Positions 1 through 10,450 of a DNA stretch of 64,000 nt are shown piece by piece. A program made the position numbers and the translations under genes. The first letter of the stretch is position 1; the number at the start of each line of letters is the position of its first letter. The stretch covers positions 1,111,760 through 1,175,759 of the forward strand of contig NW_015170892.1 in the NCBI RefSeq assembly GCF_001447785.1, given 5' to 3'. Below the pieces are notes generated by a model. The model saw nothing but the letters and a program-made list of their open reading frames with translations, did no database searches and was not told the DNA's origin. The stretch comes from Gekko japonicus (lineage: Eukaryota).

Positions 1-340
1 AAGATAAGACCAAAACGCTGTGACTCCTGGAATTCTGCATAATCTGTCATGCAGTGGGTAAAGAAAGGAATTAGCATCACTTGTTTATTACTTTTTTGTC
101 CTGCCTTTCTCTAAGAATTTCTGGGTATTATTCGCTTTTATCTCTACAACACCACTATGAAGTAGTCTAGAGGACAGATCACGAATTGGCTGAAGAGGAT
201 TTGGGGATTTGAAACCAGGTCTGTAGTATTCAGTGCTCTAATACTTGTGAAAATACACTGAAATTCTGTCCCACTTCAAGTCCAAGGCTCATTTCTTCAT
301 AATACTAGGAAGAAGGCCCACTGCAGTGGCATATGAAACG

Positions 341-1382
341 TGTGCTAGCCGCCGCCCCCCCCCCCCGGCCGGAGGGCATGGGCATGGAGGGCGAGGCAGC
401 CGGCCCTGACAGGGCAGGACACGCAGCTAAAACCAGCTGTCGCCTCACGGGCTCGCTTGGCTTCCCCGCAGCTGTGGGGAAGGTGAGAAAGTCAGCTCTG
501 CATGGGAAGGCAAGGGGGTGTAAGCCACCTCTCCCCCCAGTGACTTGCTCGGCTTCTCTGGAGCCGCTGGGAGGGCGAGCAAGCCGATGTCGACAGGGAA
601 GGGAATCCCCCCCACCCAGTGGCAGACACCGTGGATCACCTGAGCGGCCGCCTCCGAGGGGAGGGAGTTAGCGTCTGTGGGAGCAGGAGGAGAGGGGGAA
701 GAGGAAGGAGGCGATGGAGCTACAGCCACGGCCTCCCGCGCCACCACTGGCTCCCTCGCCACCACTGCCATGGGCTTGTCCCCGTCCTCGGCGCCCGCGT
801 CCTCTCCCTTGCCCCTCTCAGCCTTCGCTGCAGGCTTCCGGTCCCCGGGTTTGGTATCCTGCCCCATCACCAACACGCCAATCACACAGAGGGGACAGCT
901 GCCTCTCTCGAAGGGCCCGCATCGCTGCTTGCCAGGGCGACCTGCCCGGCTCGTGTGGTGGTGGCGGAAATCGTGAGGCAGAGTGACTTGGGGGCCGGCT
1001 GCCCAGTGCTCAGGCCACTGCCGCCGAACGGAGCAGCGTCGTGGAGCACAGTGAGGCACAACGACCCCCTTCCCAAGGCAGGGAGGACGCACCGCACGTC
1101 CCCACCAGTGGGGCGGGGATGGGAGGGAAGTGGTGGCTTTCCCGATGGTGGGCAGGAGCAGCCTCGCCAGCACGGGGACACCTGTCTGCGTTGGGGGGCC
1201 AGCGGAAATGGCAAACAGCGGCGACTCGGGCCCTTTCTGGCTCTCAGCGGGTTACCCAGGCCATCAAGGAGGCATGGGTCCCCTTTAGCGGCTCCGTCCA
1301 CACTGAGGGTGCAAGAGGGGTCGCTGGCTGTGTGGGCAGGAGTCAGGTCATGCAGCCACCCAACGCAGGCAGAGGATTGGCA
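341..1382. repeat. GC/CpG-rich ~1 kb interspersed repeat, possibly a solo LTR or non-autonomous element
   Basis: Sharp composition change against AT-rich flanks; starts TGTGCTAGCC and ends GGATTGGCA (imperfect inverted TG..CA ends); the overlapping ORFs show no recognisable domain. Confidence 0.4.
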
Positions 1383-2104
1383 GACGTTCAGAGAGGCAGT
1401 TCATGCGGCCAACCTATTTTGGCGTGCATTGAACGTTGTGAGACGAAAACTCAATTATATATAAGGAGAGATTGGCTCTGTAGTTAGCACAGTAAATTTC
1501 TAAAACATTAAATGAGGTCCCAAGGTTCTGTTTATGAAATATAACTTTGCCAAATAAATACTTGAAATCGTAACCTAATGCCACCAATAAAATGTGTCTT
1601 TACAATCTTCCCATCACATGAAGATCACTTCTGACTTTGACAGTACCTATTTATGTCCAACAAACATGACAACACAAACATATGATCATCTTGTGAATCA
1701 TACATAAACTTTAGTATAATTCATGACAGACATGGGCAGATTCTTTAACAATGAAGACCACAATACGTCTTGAGCTCCAAAGGCTCAGGTAATTTACACA
1801 CTGTTTTGGGGAAAACGATCAATATTATTAATACAAACAATATCTAGATGCTCTTCCGTCTGGATCCAGACCTGGTGGTGGCACAGAAACTGCACTGGTT
1901 CCTCCCTGCTAAATAATCTAACTGGGTTGACTGGCAAGGGACAGCATGCCCCCGCTAATACTCACTACAGCCTTCAACCACAATGTTCTTCTGCTTTGCC
2001 TGACCACAACGGGCTTAAGAGGAACAGTGTGATGTTGGTTTTGTTCCTTTCCAGAGGGCAGGTTCTTTCCCTTCTAAATCCAGGTGGCTAGCAAAAGTGC
2101 TGAA

Positions 2105-2258
2105 CCAGTGTGTGGAGACAGTGAAATGACTGGATGAGGGTAAATAAACTGAAACTTAAAATCCAGGCGAGATGGGAGTGCTGTGGGTGGGGAAGAAGGT
2201 CAATCCAGGAACAGATGTCTCACCTGTTCTGGATGGGATTACACTCTCCCTGAAAGAT
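2105..2258 (+). mobile_element. L2-type LINE RT fragment
   Basis: Degenerate 'WMRVNKLKLN...PVLDGITL' segment. Confidence 0.55.
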
Positions 2259-3624
2259 TATATAACACAAACATGTGGATAGTCGTTTTAGAAGAAACTA
2301 GTATCCAAACTAAATGTATACATATTGATTGGGTTAAAAGGAAACCATCACACAGCTAGATCAGTGAGGCTTCCTTTCAGCCAGATATGGAAATATCCCC
2401 CCAAATAGTCCATTTTGGCGGTTCCCTTTTAAGACACAGAATAGCTGTGGCTCTAAGTGAGCATTCCACATCAATTTAATCTCTCTGACCAGAACTGTCC
2501 GAGTCCACACGCTTTAAGGATTAACCTTTTTAGTTGTAACAAATAACTGTTTAAATAAAGCAGGGAAATACGTTCAATTGTTTTGTTATATTTCAAAATA
2601 CAGCAAGTTCTTTCTTTGCTACACTGTTAATTCCTAATTTGATTCCCTGTAATAAATTTGAATTCCAGCACAGCCGACTTTGTCTGTTTTATTTCAGTGG
2701 CTTTTGATTAACGTTTTTTACTTCCTAATATTTCTTCAATAACAGATTCTTCAAGGTACATGGGGATTTACATGCACACCTAAGAATTACTTGATATCTA
2801 TAATCACTGTTAGTAAATGAATATTTAGCAGGATCCCAATAACAAAATGACATTGCATGAAATATAAGCTCTCAAGCCTGACGTCCTATCATAACTCCTG
2901 AAGAGACAGCCTGTTAAAAGAGAGGCATACAGGTGGCAAGGAACTGACAGCAGCATATAAAATAAAAGTGCTTTGCCATTCACGTAATGTCTGGGGTAAT
3001 GAAATGAATTCACTTGTTGGTTTCCTCTAGTTTTCTCTGCCAAAGAACACTGTGTTATCAGCACAGATGGAGCATGCATGGTTCTGGAGAGGAGCCTGTT
3101 GCAAACTAGCTTCTCTGAATATCAATGAATCCTTGAGAATCAGACCCATTCTGCTGTCAAGTGACAGGCTTGGGAGACTTGGGAAGCTGAACTAAATCCC
3201 AGTGGGCTCATCTGACTGCATGTACTGTCAAGTGTCCTGGACAAGAAATGCGGAAATACTGCAGTCCTAACTGCTAAGTATGGCAGATTAAAAATTTGAT
3301 CTATGTACCCATATCCTTGGGAAGGTAATGAGGTATAACTGGGGAGGGGGGACCACTTGCAGCCTCACTACCCATAAACAAATATGAAGAGGTATTAACT
3401 TATAAAATACATCCAATAAATAGGCTTGCAAAACAATCCAGCCCAGAAATCTAATCTGGAGAGTTATTTATTCAATTAAAGTCAGGAAAAAAAGTTTGCA
3501 TTACTTCACATCCTGTGCATCTTCTCCATCTTTGCAGCTGCAAATTAGATCATTTAAAGACTCTTTAAACTATTTAAAAATAACTTAAGCACTAAGTTAT
3601 CTGTCAGGCACAGATACTTAATTA

Positions 3625-3838
3625 GGAATTTATACTCTGCTTTTCTCCCCAATGGTGATACAAAGCAGCTTACAACATCATTTTACCCTTCTGAAGGTCA
3701 TCATCACAACAATCATCCTGTGAAATATCTTAGGCTGATAGAAAGTGGATACCCAGTGAGATTCCATGGCAAAGGGGGAGTCAAACTGGAGTATCCCTGA
3801 TCCTAATCCGGCACCCTAACCACTTCACCACATTGTCT
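3625..3838 (-). mobile_element. tRNA-derived squamate SINE (Squam3-like)
   Basis: Shares the 'aaagcagcttacaa..cacaacaa..cctgtga..ctaaccact.caccac' pattern with the copies at 21268-21498 and 41712-41945. Confidence 0.7.
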
Positions 3839-3958
3839 ATCTCTGTCTCCAGGGGAAAAACCTTTCCCCCAGCTGCTATTGTAAGAACTTAAATACACAA
3901 AGCAGTCAGCAGGCTAAGCGTGGCAAGATAAATGGGAATATAAAAATAAGAAGCATAC

Positions 3959-4033
3959 CCATCAACAAAGTCAGTAGCCTCTGGACCTTTGAACTCACCC
4001 CCACAACTCTGTACAATCCTTGGTCATTTATAC
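3959..4033 (-). CDS. ARHGAP10: ARHGAP10 coding exon (~exon 14), RhoGAP arginine finger
   Basis: 75 nt, AG/GT; (G)INDQGLYRVVGVSSKVQRLLTLLM. Confidence 0.95.
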
Positions 4034-4330
4034 CTGATAAGAAAAGAAAAGCACAAAATAAATAAAAGGCAAATTTTAAAAAGACTTAATAATCAGTTTC
4101 AAGGCTGAATTCATTATCATAGCTTCTGCAAAAAATACTATATAGTTATAATGTAAGGAATTTGGCAGAGGGGAAAATATAGAAGGTCAACTTCCTGATT
4201 TACTTAAAAAAATTGCCTGCTTTGAGTAATATTTGTGTCATCTAGAATGCAAATGGCAACTGAAACTCCTGAGAGGGCACAAATGTAAACAGAAGGTTTT
4301 TCCTCCAAGGGTTGTAGCAGTCTTGGAACA

Positions 4331-4545
4331 AGGATTTATATTCTAGGAAAAGAGCTGTAGCTCAATGATGGAATGTATGTTTTATATGCAAAATGTCCCC
4401 AATTCAGCCCCTACCATATCCAGTAGGAGATGCCAAGAAAGACGTGTTTCTACCTGATGCCCGGAAGAACCATTGACAATAGACAACATCAGCCTAGATA
4501 GACCAATGTTCAGACCTGGTGTAAGGCAGCTTCAGATGTTCACAC
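4331..4545 (+). mobile_element. tRNA-derived SINE (Squam2-like)
   Basis: tRNA-like head 'gctgtagctcaatgatgg...cccaattcagccc' and CR1-like tail 'ctagatagaccaatg...taaggcagcttc'. Confidence 0.6.
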
Positions 4546-5444
4546 ATGCATCAGTGGCTCTATCTTTCAGATAAATGTAAGCATCCATTCGTTCAGTGCC
4601 ATTTTCCCTGTCTAGTCTAGGGAATTTCTCAGTTGTAGAATGTCATAATGACCCAGAGGATCCTCCTAAAATATAAAGGCAGTGGTCAAGGCAAACATCC
4701 CCATAGTAGCTCCTGACTACTGGCACAGCCACTGTTTCATATATTAAGAATAAGGATATGTGACTCCATTTTCCCTTCCATCCCATTCCAAGTTTACAAG
4801 TCCTGGCTACCAGTGGATCTGAATCTTTCAACTTCCAGACTAGAAGACAAAGGAAAAATCCACAGTGAAAAGGAGAAGACAGAAGAGAATTTACCAGTAA
4901 CTAACAGCTAGTGGAACTGTTCACATAAATACTCATATTTAATGCAGTAATGCCCCCCCAGGGGGGCCTTGGCATCCTGCTTCCACAGCACTGGATTAAA
5001 TCTATCAGTGAGTCGCCAATATAAACTTTGAACAGAAGGCCTGAGGCTCATGTGAAAACTCATATGTATCTACTAATATCTTCATAAAGAGGTTTCTGAA
5101 AAGTTAACAAGCAGCTCGCAGGAAGCTAACTGGAAAGCTGTACACAGGCTGAAGGCCTAAAATCAGATCTAACAAAAACAGGTTGCTTACCTGTAACTGG
5201 TGATCTTCGAGTGGTCATCTGTGCATTCACACCCATGGGATCTAGTGCGCACGCGCTGGATCGATCGGTGCTGTAGCAAGCTCTTTTAACGGATTTTCGC
5301 ACCCAGACCTCGGGCATGCGCAGGAACCCCACCGCGCATGCCCAGAGGGGTGGGCATGGACATCCCGCCAGTTCCTTCAAACTGCCGCAAATCAACCCCT
5401 ATGGAAAATTTAGAAGCTGACAGCAGCGGGGAAGGAGGGCGGGT

Positions 5445-5541
5445 GGTGTGAATGCACAGACGACCACTCGAAGATCACCAGTTACAGGTAAGCAACCTGT
5501 TTATCTTCGACGTGGTCTCTGTACTTCACACTCATGGGAGA
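5445..5541 (-). repeat. DIRS internal complementary region (ICR)
   Basis: 5445-5502 is the reverse complement of 5177-5233 (1 mismatch in ~58 nt); 5504-5539 resembles the reverse complement of the far terminus 12037-12072. Confidence 0.9.
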
Positions 5542-5556
5542 TTAGCAAGCAGGGGC

Positions 5557-6179
5557 CTACCTGGAGGAGGATGCTGGCAGGTCCTTACTGCGTAGCTGAA
5601 TGAGACGTCCCGTGTTGGTATTGGTGTTCTTACGGACGTCTAGGGCGTAATGCCTGATGAAGGTGTTAGGCGTGGCCCATGTAGCGGCTTTGTAAATGTC
5701 CGTCAGGGGAATTCCCTGGAGGAAGGCAGTGGAAGTCACCACAGCTCTGGTAGAATGAGCCCTGATAGGGCCAGGCAATGGCTGCTGGCGATTAGGTAGC
5801 AGAGATGGATGAGCCCCGCAATCCACTTTGACAGGCGCTGAGCCGTGATGCGAGTCCCCAGCCTTGCTGATGCATAAGAGACAAACAATTGGGAGTCTCG
5901 TCTCATTGGGCGTGTTCTATTGAGGTAGAACAGTAGAGCCCGCTTCACATCCAAAGTGTGTAAGAGTCTGTCCTCCGTGGATGTTGGAGTTGGGAAGAAA
6001 TCCAGGAGGAAGACCTTTGCCTGCTGGTGGAACTCTGACACCACCTTCGGCAGGAAGGACATGTCCAGTACGAGGCAGACTCCATCTGGCAAAAACGACA
6101 GGTAAGGTGTATTGTGTCGGAAAGCCAATATTTCTCCCACTCGCCTAGCTGAGGTGACAGCAATTAAAAAGGCCGTTTT
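5557..6179 (-). pseudogene. DIRS tyrosine recombinase, C-terminal fragment (variant B)
   Basis: KTAFLIAVTSARRVGEI...LHTLDVKRAL...RAHSTRAV...WATPNTFIRHY, with a frameshift. Confidence 0.88.
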
Positions 6180-6502
6180 NNNNNNNNNNNNNNNNNNNNN
6201 NNNNNNNNNNNNNNNNNNNNNNNNNNNNNNNNNNNNNNNNNNNNNNNNNNNNNNNNNNNNNNNNNNNNNNNNNNNNNNNNNNNNNNNNNNNNNNNNNNNN
6301 NNNNNNNNNNNNNNNNNNNNNNNNNNNNNNNNNNNNNNNNNNNNNNNNNNNNNNNNNNNNNNNNNNNNNNNNNNNNNNNNNNNNNNNNNNNNNNNNNNNN
6401 NNNNNNNNNNNNNNNNNNNNNNNNNNNNNNNNNNNNNNNNNNNNNNNNNNNNNNNNNNNNNNNNNNNNNNNNNNNNNNNNNNNNNNNNNNNNNNNNNNNN
6501 NN

Positions 6503-7110
6503 CGGAAGAGCAATGTCCACTCGCAAATAGAACTCAGAAAAAACCTTGGGCAGGAAAGAGACATCAGGGGCCAAGGTAACACCATCATGGTGAAAAACCA
6601 AGTACGGAGAATCGCAACGGAGTGCAGACAATTCACTCACTCGTCTCACTGAGGTAATGGCTACTAGAAAGGCAGTCTTCCACGAGAGAAGCTGCAGAAT
6701 AGACATGGCCATGGGCTCAAATGGTTTGTCTGTTAATTTGGACAGTACTAGAGGTAAGTCCCAGGAGTCGGCCCACAAGCCGGAGAAAAGAGGCGAGTGA
6801 GGCCCTTCAAAAACTGCTTCATTTGCGGGTGAGAAAAAATGGAATAGCCATCCACCGCAGGACTGGCGGAAATGGTGGCTAAATAGACTCTTAAAGAGGA
6901 GCAACTAAGACCCAAGTCCAAGCGGGACAACAAGAATCCGAAAACTATCCTCAAGTCCATAGGGGGCGGTGGTAAACCCAATGACTAAAGGTAAGAAAGG
7001 AATTTCTTCCACTTCCCTTCATAGGAAGTACGTGTAGTTGGCTTCCGACATTTCAACAGAACAAGGTCTATCCTGTTTTTGAGCTGTGCTAGGGGATTCT
7101 TCACGCCATG
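6503..7110 (-). pseudogene. DIRS tyrosine recombinase, N-terminal/core fragment (variant A)
   Basis: RKPTTRTSYEGKWKKF...SSLRVYLATISA...WDLPLVLSKL...KTAFLVAITSVRRVSEL...FLPKV. Confidence 0.88.
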
Positions 7111-7189
7111 AGTATGAGGTGTGGTACATCGTGGTGAAACACTCTGCCTTCCTGAGCCAGGAGAACTGGTACCCGGGAAAAATGTATGT

Positions 7190-10100
7190 ACGTGCCCTGG
7201 GACATGTGGAGTAGAGTTGGGAACCAGTGGTGACGTGGCCACCATGGTGCCACAAGGATGCATTGAGGTTATTCCTTCATGATCTTGCTCAGCACTCTGG
7301 TAAGTAGAGAAATTGGTGAGAACAGGTACATGTACCTGTGGGACCATGGGAACAGAAGGCCGTCCCCCAGAGAGAGAGGGTCCTGTTCCGCTCTGGTACA
7401 GAACACACAACACTTCATGTTCTGATGCGTTGCAAACGCATCTATTTCTGGGTGACCCCATCTGTGGAAAATTGGTTGGAGGTAAACCCAGTTGAGCTCC
7501 CACTCATGGAGGGATGCACCTCCTCTGCTCAGAAAGTCCGCATGCACATTCAGCGATCCTGGCAGGTGAGCAGCAATGATGAACACGCCAGTCACCGGTG
7601 TCCCCTGGACTCTGCCCCGCCTTGCCTGTTCAGGTAACACAGTGCAGTGGTGTTGTCTGTCAGGATTACCACCGTACGGTGAGCCACGAGGTGGCGAAAG
7701 GACCTTAGGGCATACTGGATGGTGAGCAGCTCCAGGAAGTTGATGTGTTTGTGGGCCACATGAGGTTCCCATTTGGCGTCCACACACACACCTTGGAGGT
7801 GTCCTTTTATCCCATGATTTTTGAGCTTACTTAGTGGTTCTGTGGTTAGGGTCATTTCGGGACTGGGTGCAAGAAATGGGGCTCCCTGAAGGAGTTTGTC
7901 TGGAGTTTCTCACCACTGTAGGGAATTCAGCACTTGCACAAGTAGCACAAACCGTTGAGATTGGGGCTGCCACTGTGGATGGAAACATTTGAGGAACCAC
8001 AGCTGAAGTGGTCTCATCTGTAGTCTGGCAAAGACAAGTACCGCTGTGGTGGCGGCCATAAGAACATAAGAGACGCCAATATTGGATCAGGCCAAAGGCC
8101 CATCCAGTCCAACGCTCTGTCACACAGTGGCCAAAAATACCAGGTGCCATCAGGAGGTCCACCAGTNNNNNNNNNNNNNNNNNNNNNNNNNNNNNNNNNN
8201 NNNNNNNNNNNNNNNNNNNNNNNNNNNNNNNNNNNNNNNNNNNNNNNNNNNNNNNNNNNNNNNNNNNNNNNNNNNNNNNNNNNNNNNNNNNNNNNNNNNN
8301 NNNNNNNNNNNNNNNNNNNNNNNNNNNNNNNNNNNNNNNNNNNNNNNNNNNNNNNNNNNNNNNNNNNNNNNNNNNNNNNNNNNNNNNNNNNNNNNNNNNN
8401 NNNNNNNNNNNNNNNNNNNNNNNNNNNNNNNNNNNNNNNNNNNNNNNNNNNNNNNNNNNNNNNNNNNNNNNNNNNNNNNNNNNNNNNNNNNNNNNNNNNN
8501 NNNNNNNNNNNNNNNNNNNNNNNNNNNNNNNNNNNNNNNNNNNNNNNNNNNNNNNNNNNNNNNNNNNNNNNNNNNNNNNNNNNNNNNNNNNNNNNNNNNN
8601 NNNNNNNNNNNNNNNNNNNNNNNNNNNNNNNNNNNNNNNNNNNNNNNNNNNNNNNNNNNNNNNNNNNNNNNNNNNNNNNNNNNNNNNNNNNNNNNNNNNN
8701 NNNNNNNNNNNNNNNNNNNNNNNNNNNNNNNNNNNNNNNNNNNNNNNNNNNNNNNNNNNNNNNNNNNNNNNNNNNNNNNNNNNNNNNNNNNNNNNNNNNN
8801 NNNNNNNNNNNNNNNNNNNNNNNNNNNNNNNNNNNNNNNNNNNNNNNNNNNNNNNNNNNNNNNNNNNNNNNNNNNNNNNNNNNNNNNNNNNNNNNNNNNN
8901 NNNNNNNNNNNNNNNNNNNNNNNNNNNNNNNNNNNNNNNNNNNNNNNNNNNNNNNNNNNNNNNNNNNNNNNNNNNNNNNNNNNNNNNNNNNNNNNNNNNN
9001 NNNNNNNNNNNNNNNNNNNNNNNNNNNNNNNNNNNNNNNNNNNNNNNNNNNNNNNNNNNNNNNNNNNNNNNNNNNNNNNNNNNNNNNNNNNNAGACAAGA
9101 CCTTCCCTTACAGAACCCATGCTGAGTCTGCCTCAATAGGTTTTGTTCATCTATGTGCCTACTAATTCTTTCCTTAATAATGGTTTCCACCAATTTACCT
9201 GGTATCGATGTCAGACTGACTGGCCTGTAATTTCCCGGATCTCCTCTGGAACCCTTTTTAAAGATGGGAGTGACATTAGCTACCTTCCAGTCCTCAGGAA
9301 TGGAGGGTGATTTTAAGGAGAGATTACATATTTTTGTCAGGAGATCCACAAGTTCACATTTGAGTTCTTTCAGAACTCTCGGATGTATCTGGTGATTTAT
9401 CAGTTTTTAAGTTGTCTATCAGTTTTAGGACCTCCTCTCTCGTCACCTCAATCTGACTCAGGTCTTTCAGCACCCCTCCTGAAATCAGCGGTTCTGGAGT
9501 GGGCAAGCACTTCTCATCTTCCACAGTGAAGACAGGGGCAAAAAATGCATTTAGCTTCGCAGCCATTTCCCTATCATCCTTCAGTACACCTTTTACCCCT
9601 TGGTCATCCATCAGACCCAAGAGCCGTTGAATCTGCTTTGCTGATGCTTCTCCCTGTGTTTTCATCAGGTTGATGAGAGCAATAATGTCTCCCGTTTTTT
9701 TGGGAGGGAGAAAGGCTCAGCAGACAGTTGAATCCAAAATTGCTCTGATAAACTGGACTCTCATTGAAGGAAGGAGCACTGACATTTTCCAGGTTCACCC
9801 TCAGGCCCAACGCATCTAGGGTGACCAGCGTTAAATTGATATGGTTGACCAGAGTCTCTCTGGAGCTTGCTACCAGCAACTAATCATCTATGTATGGAAA
9901 GATCCGTACACTCTGGAGACTGAGGCACGCAGTGATGACAATCATCATTTTTGTAAAGGCTGTGGGCACTGTCGAGAGCCCAAAAGGCAGGGCTTTGTAT
10001 TGAAAATGGCCTTCCGTGACTGCAAAACGCAAAAACTTCCTATGAGATGGGTGGATAGTTATATGAAAATATGCGTCTTGCAAGTCCAGGGTTACCATCC

Positions 10101-10450
10101 ATATGCCTTCACTGAGAAGGGGGAGAATGCTTTGTAATGTTGTCATTTGGAATTTCCAATAGGAGATAAACTGATTGAGTCCCCTGAGGTCCATAATAGG
10201 ACGGAATCCTCCATTTTTGGGGGGACCATAAATTAACAGGAGTAGAATCTGTGTTGATGAACAGGACTGGTTCTACAGCATCCTTTTGAAGAAGGTTCTG
10301 GATTTCTTCCAGGAGCGTACTGGATGGTGGAGTAGTTATGAAGTTGGGGGCCTCAGGTACCTGGATAAATTCTATAAGGTACCCCTTTTCGATGACGGGA
10401 CGTATCCACCGGTCTGATGTTATTTGCTGCCAAAAAGCCAGGTAGGAAGA
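7190..10450 (-). pseudogene. DIRS RT-RNaseH-MT ORF remnant, split by CR1
   Basis: RT motifs at 9620-10450; RNase H and MT-like motifs at 7190-8059. Confidence 0.85.
8060..9607 (-). mobile_element. CR1 LINE (5'-truncated) nested in the DIRS RT
   Basis: PEDWKVANVTPIFKKGSRGDPGNYRPVSLTSIPGKL..QHGF; 3' (TTCTTATG)n tail at 8057-8072; CCAT on both sides (8056-8059, 9608-9611); middle is an N-gap. Confidence 0.9.

Noticed and set aside
333-1487. Multiple overlapping 100-280 aa ORFs
   Set aside because: Expected from stop-codon scarcity in GC-rich DNA; no domain signature or splice structure
1-3958. ARHGAP10 exon 15
   Set aside because: No WEVKTITSALK-like segment found; it presumably lies beyond the window start
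6112-9349. Long ORFs containing X runs
   Set aside because: Artefacts of translating N-gaps
9354-9665. Apparent DIRS-RT/CR1-RT fusion ORF
   Set aside because: Accidental in-frame read-through across the CR1 5' junction; both parts are disrupted by stops and frameshifts
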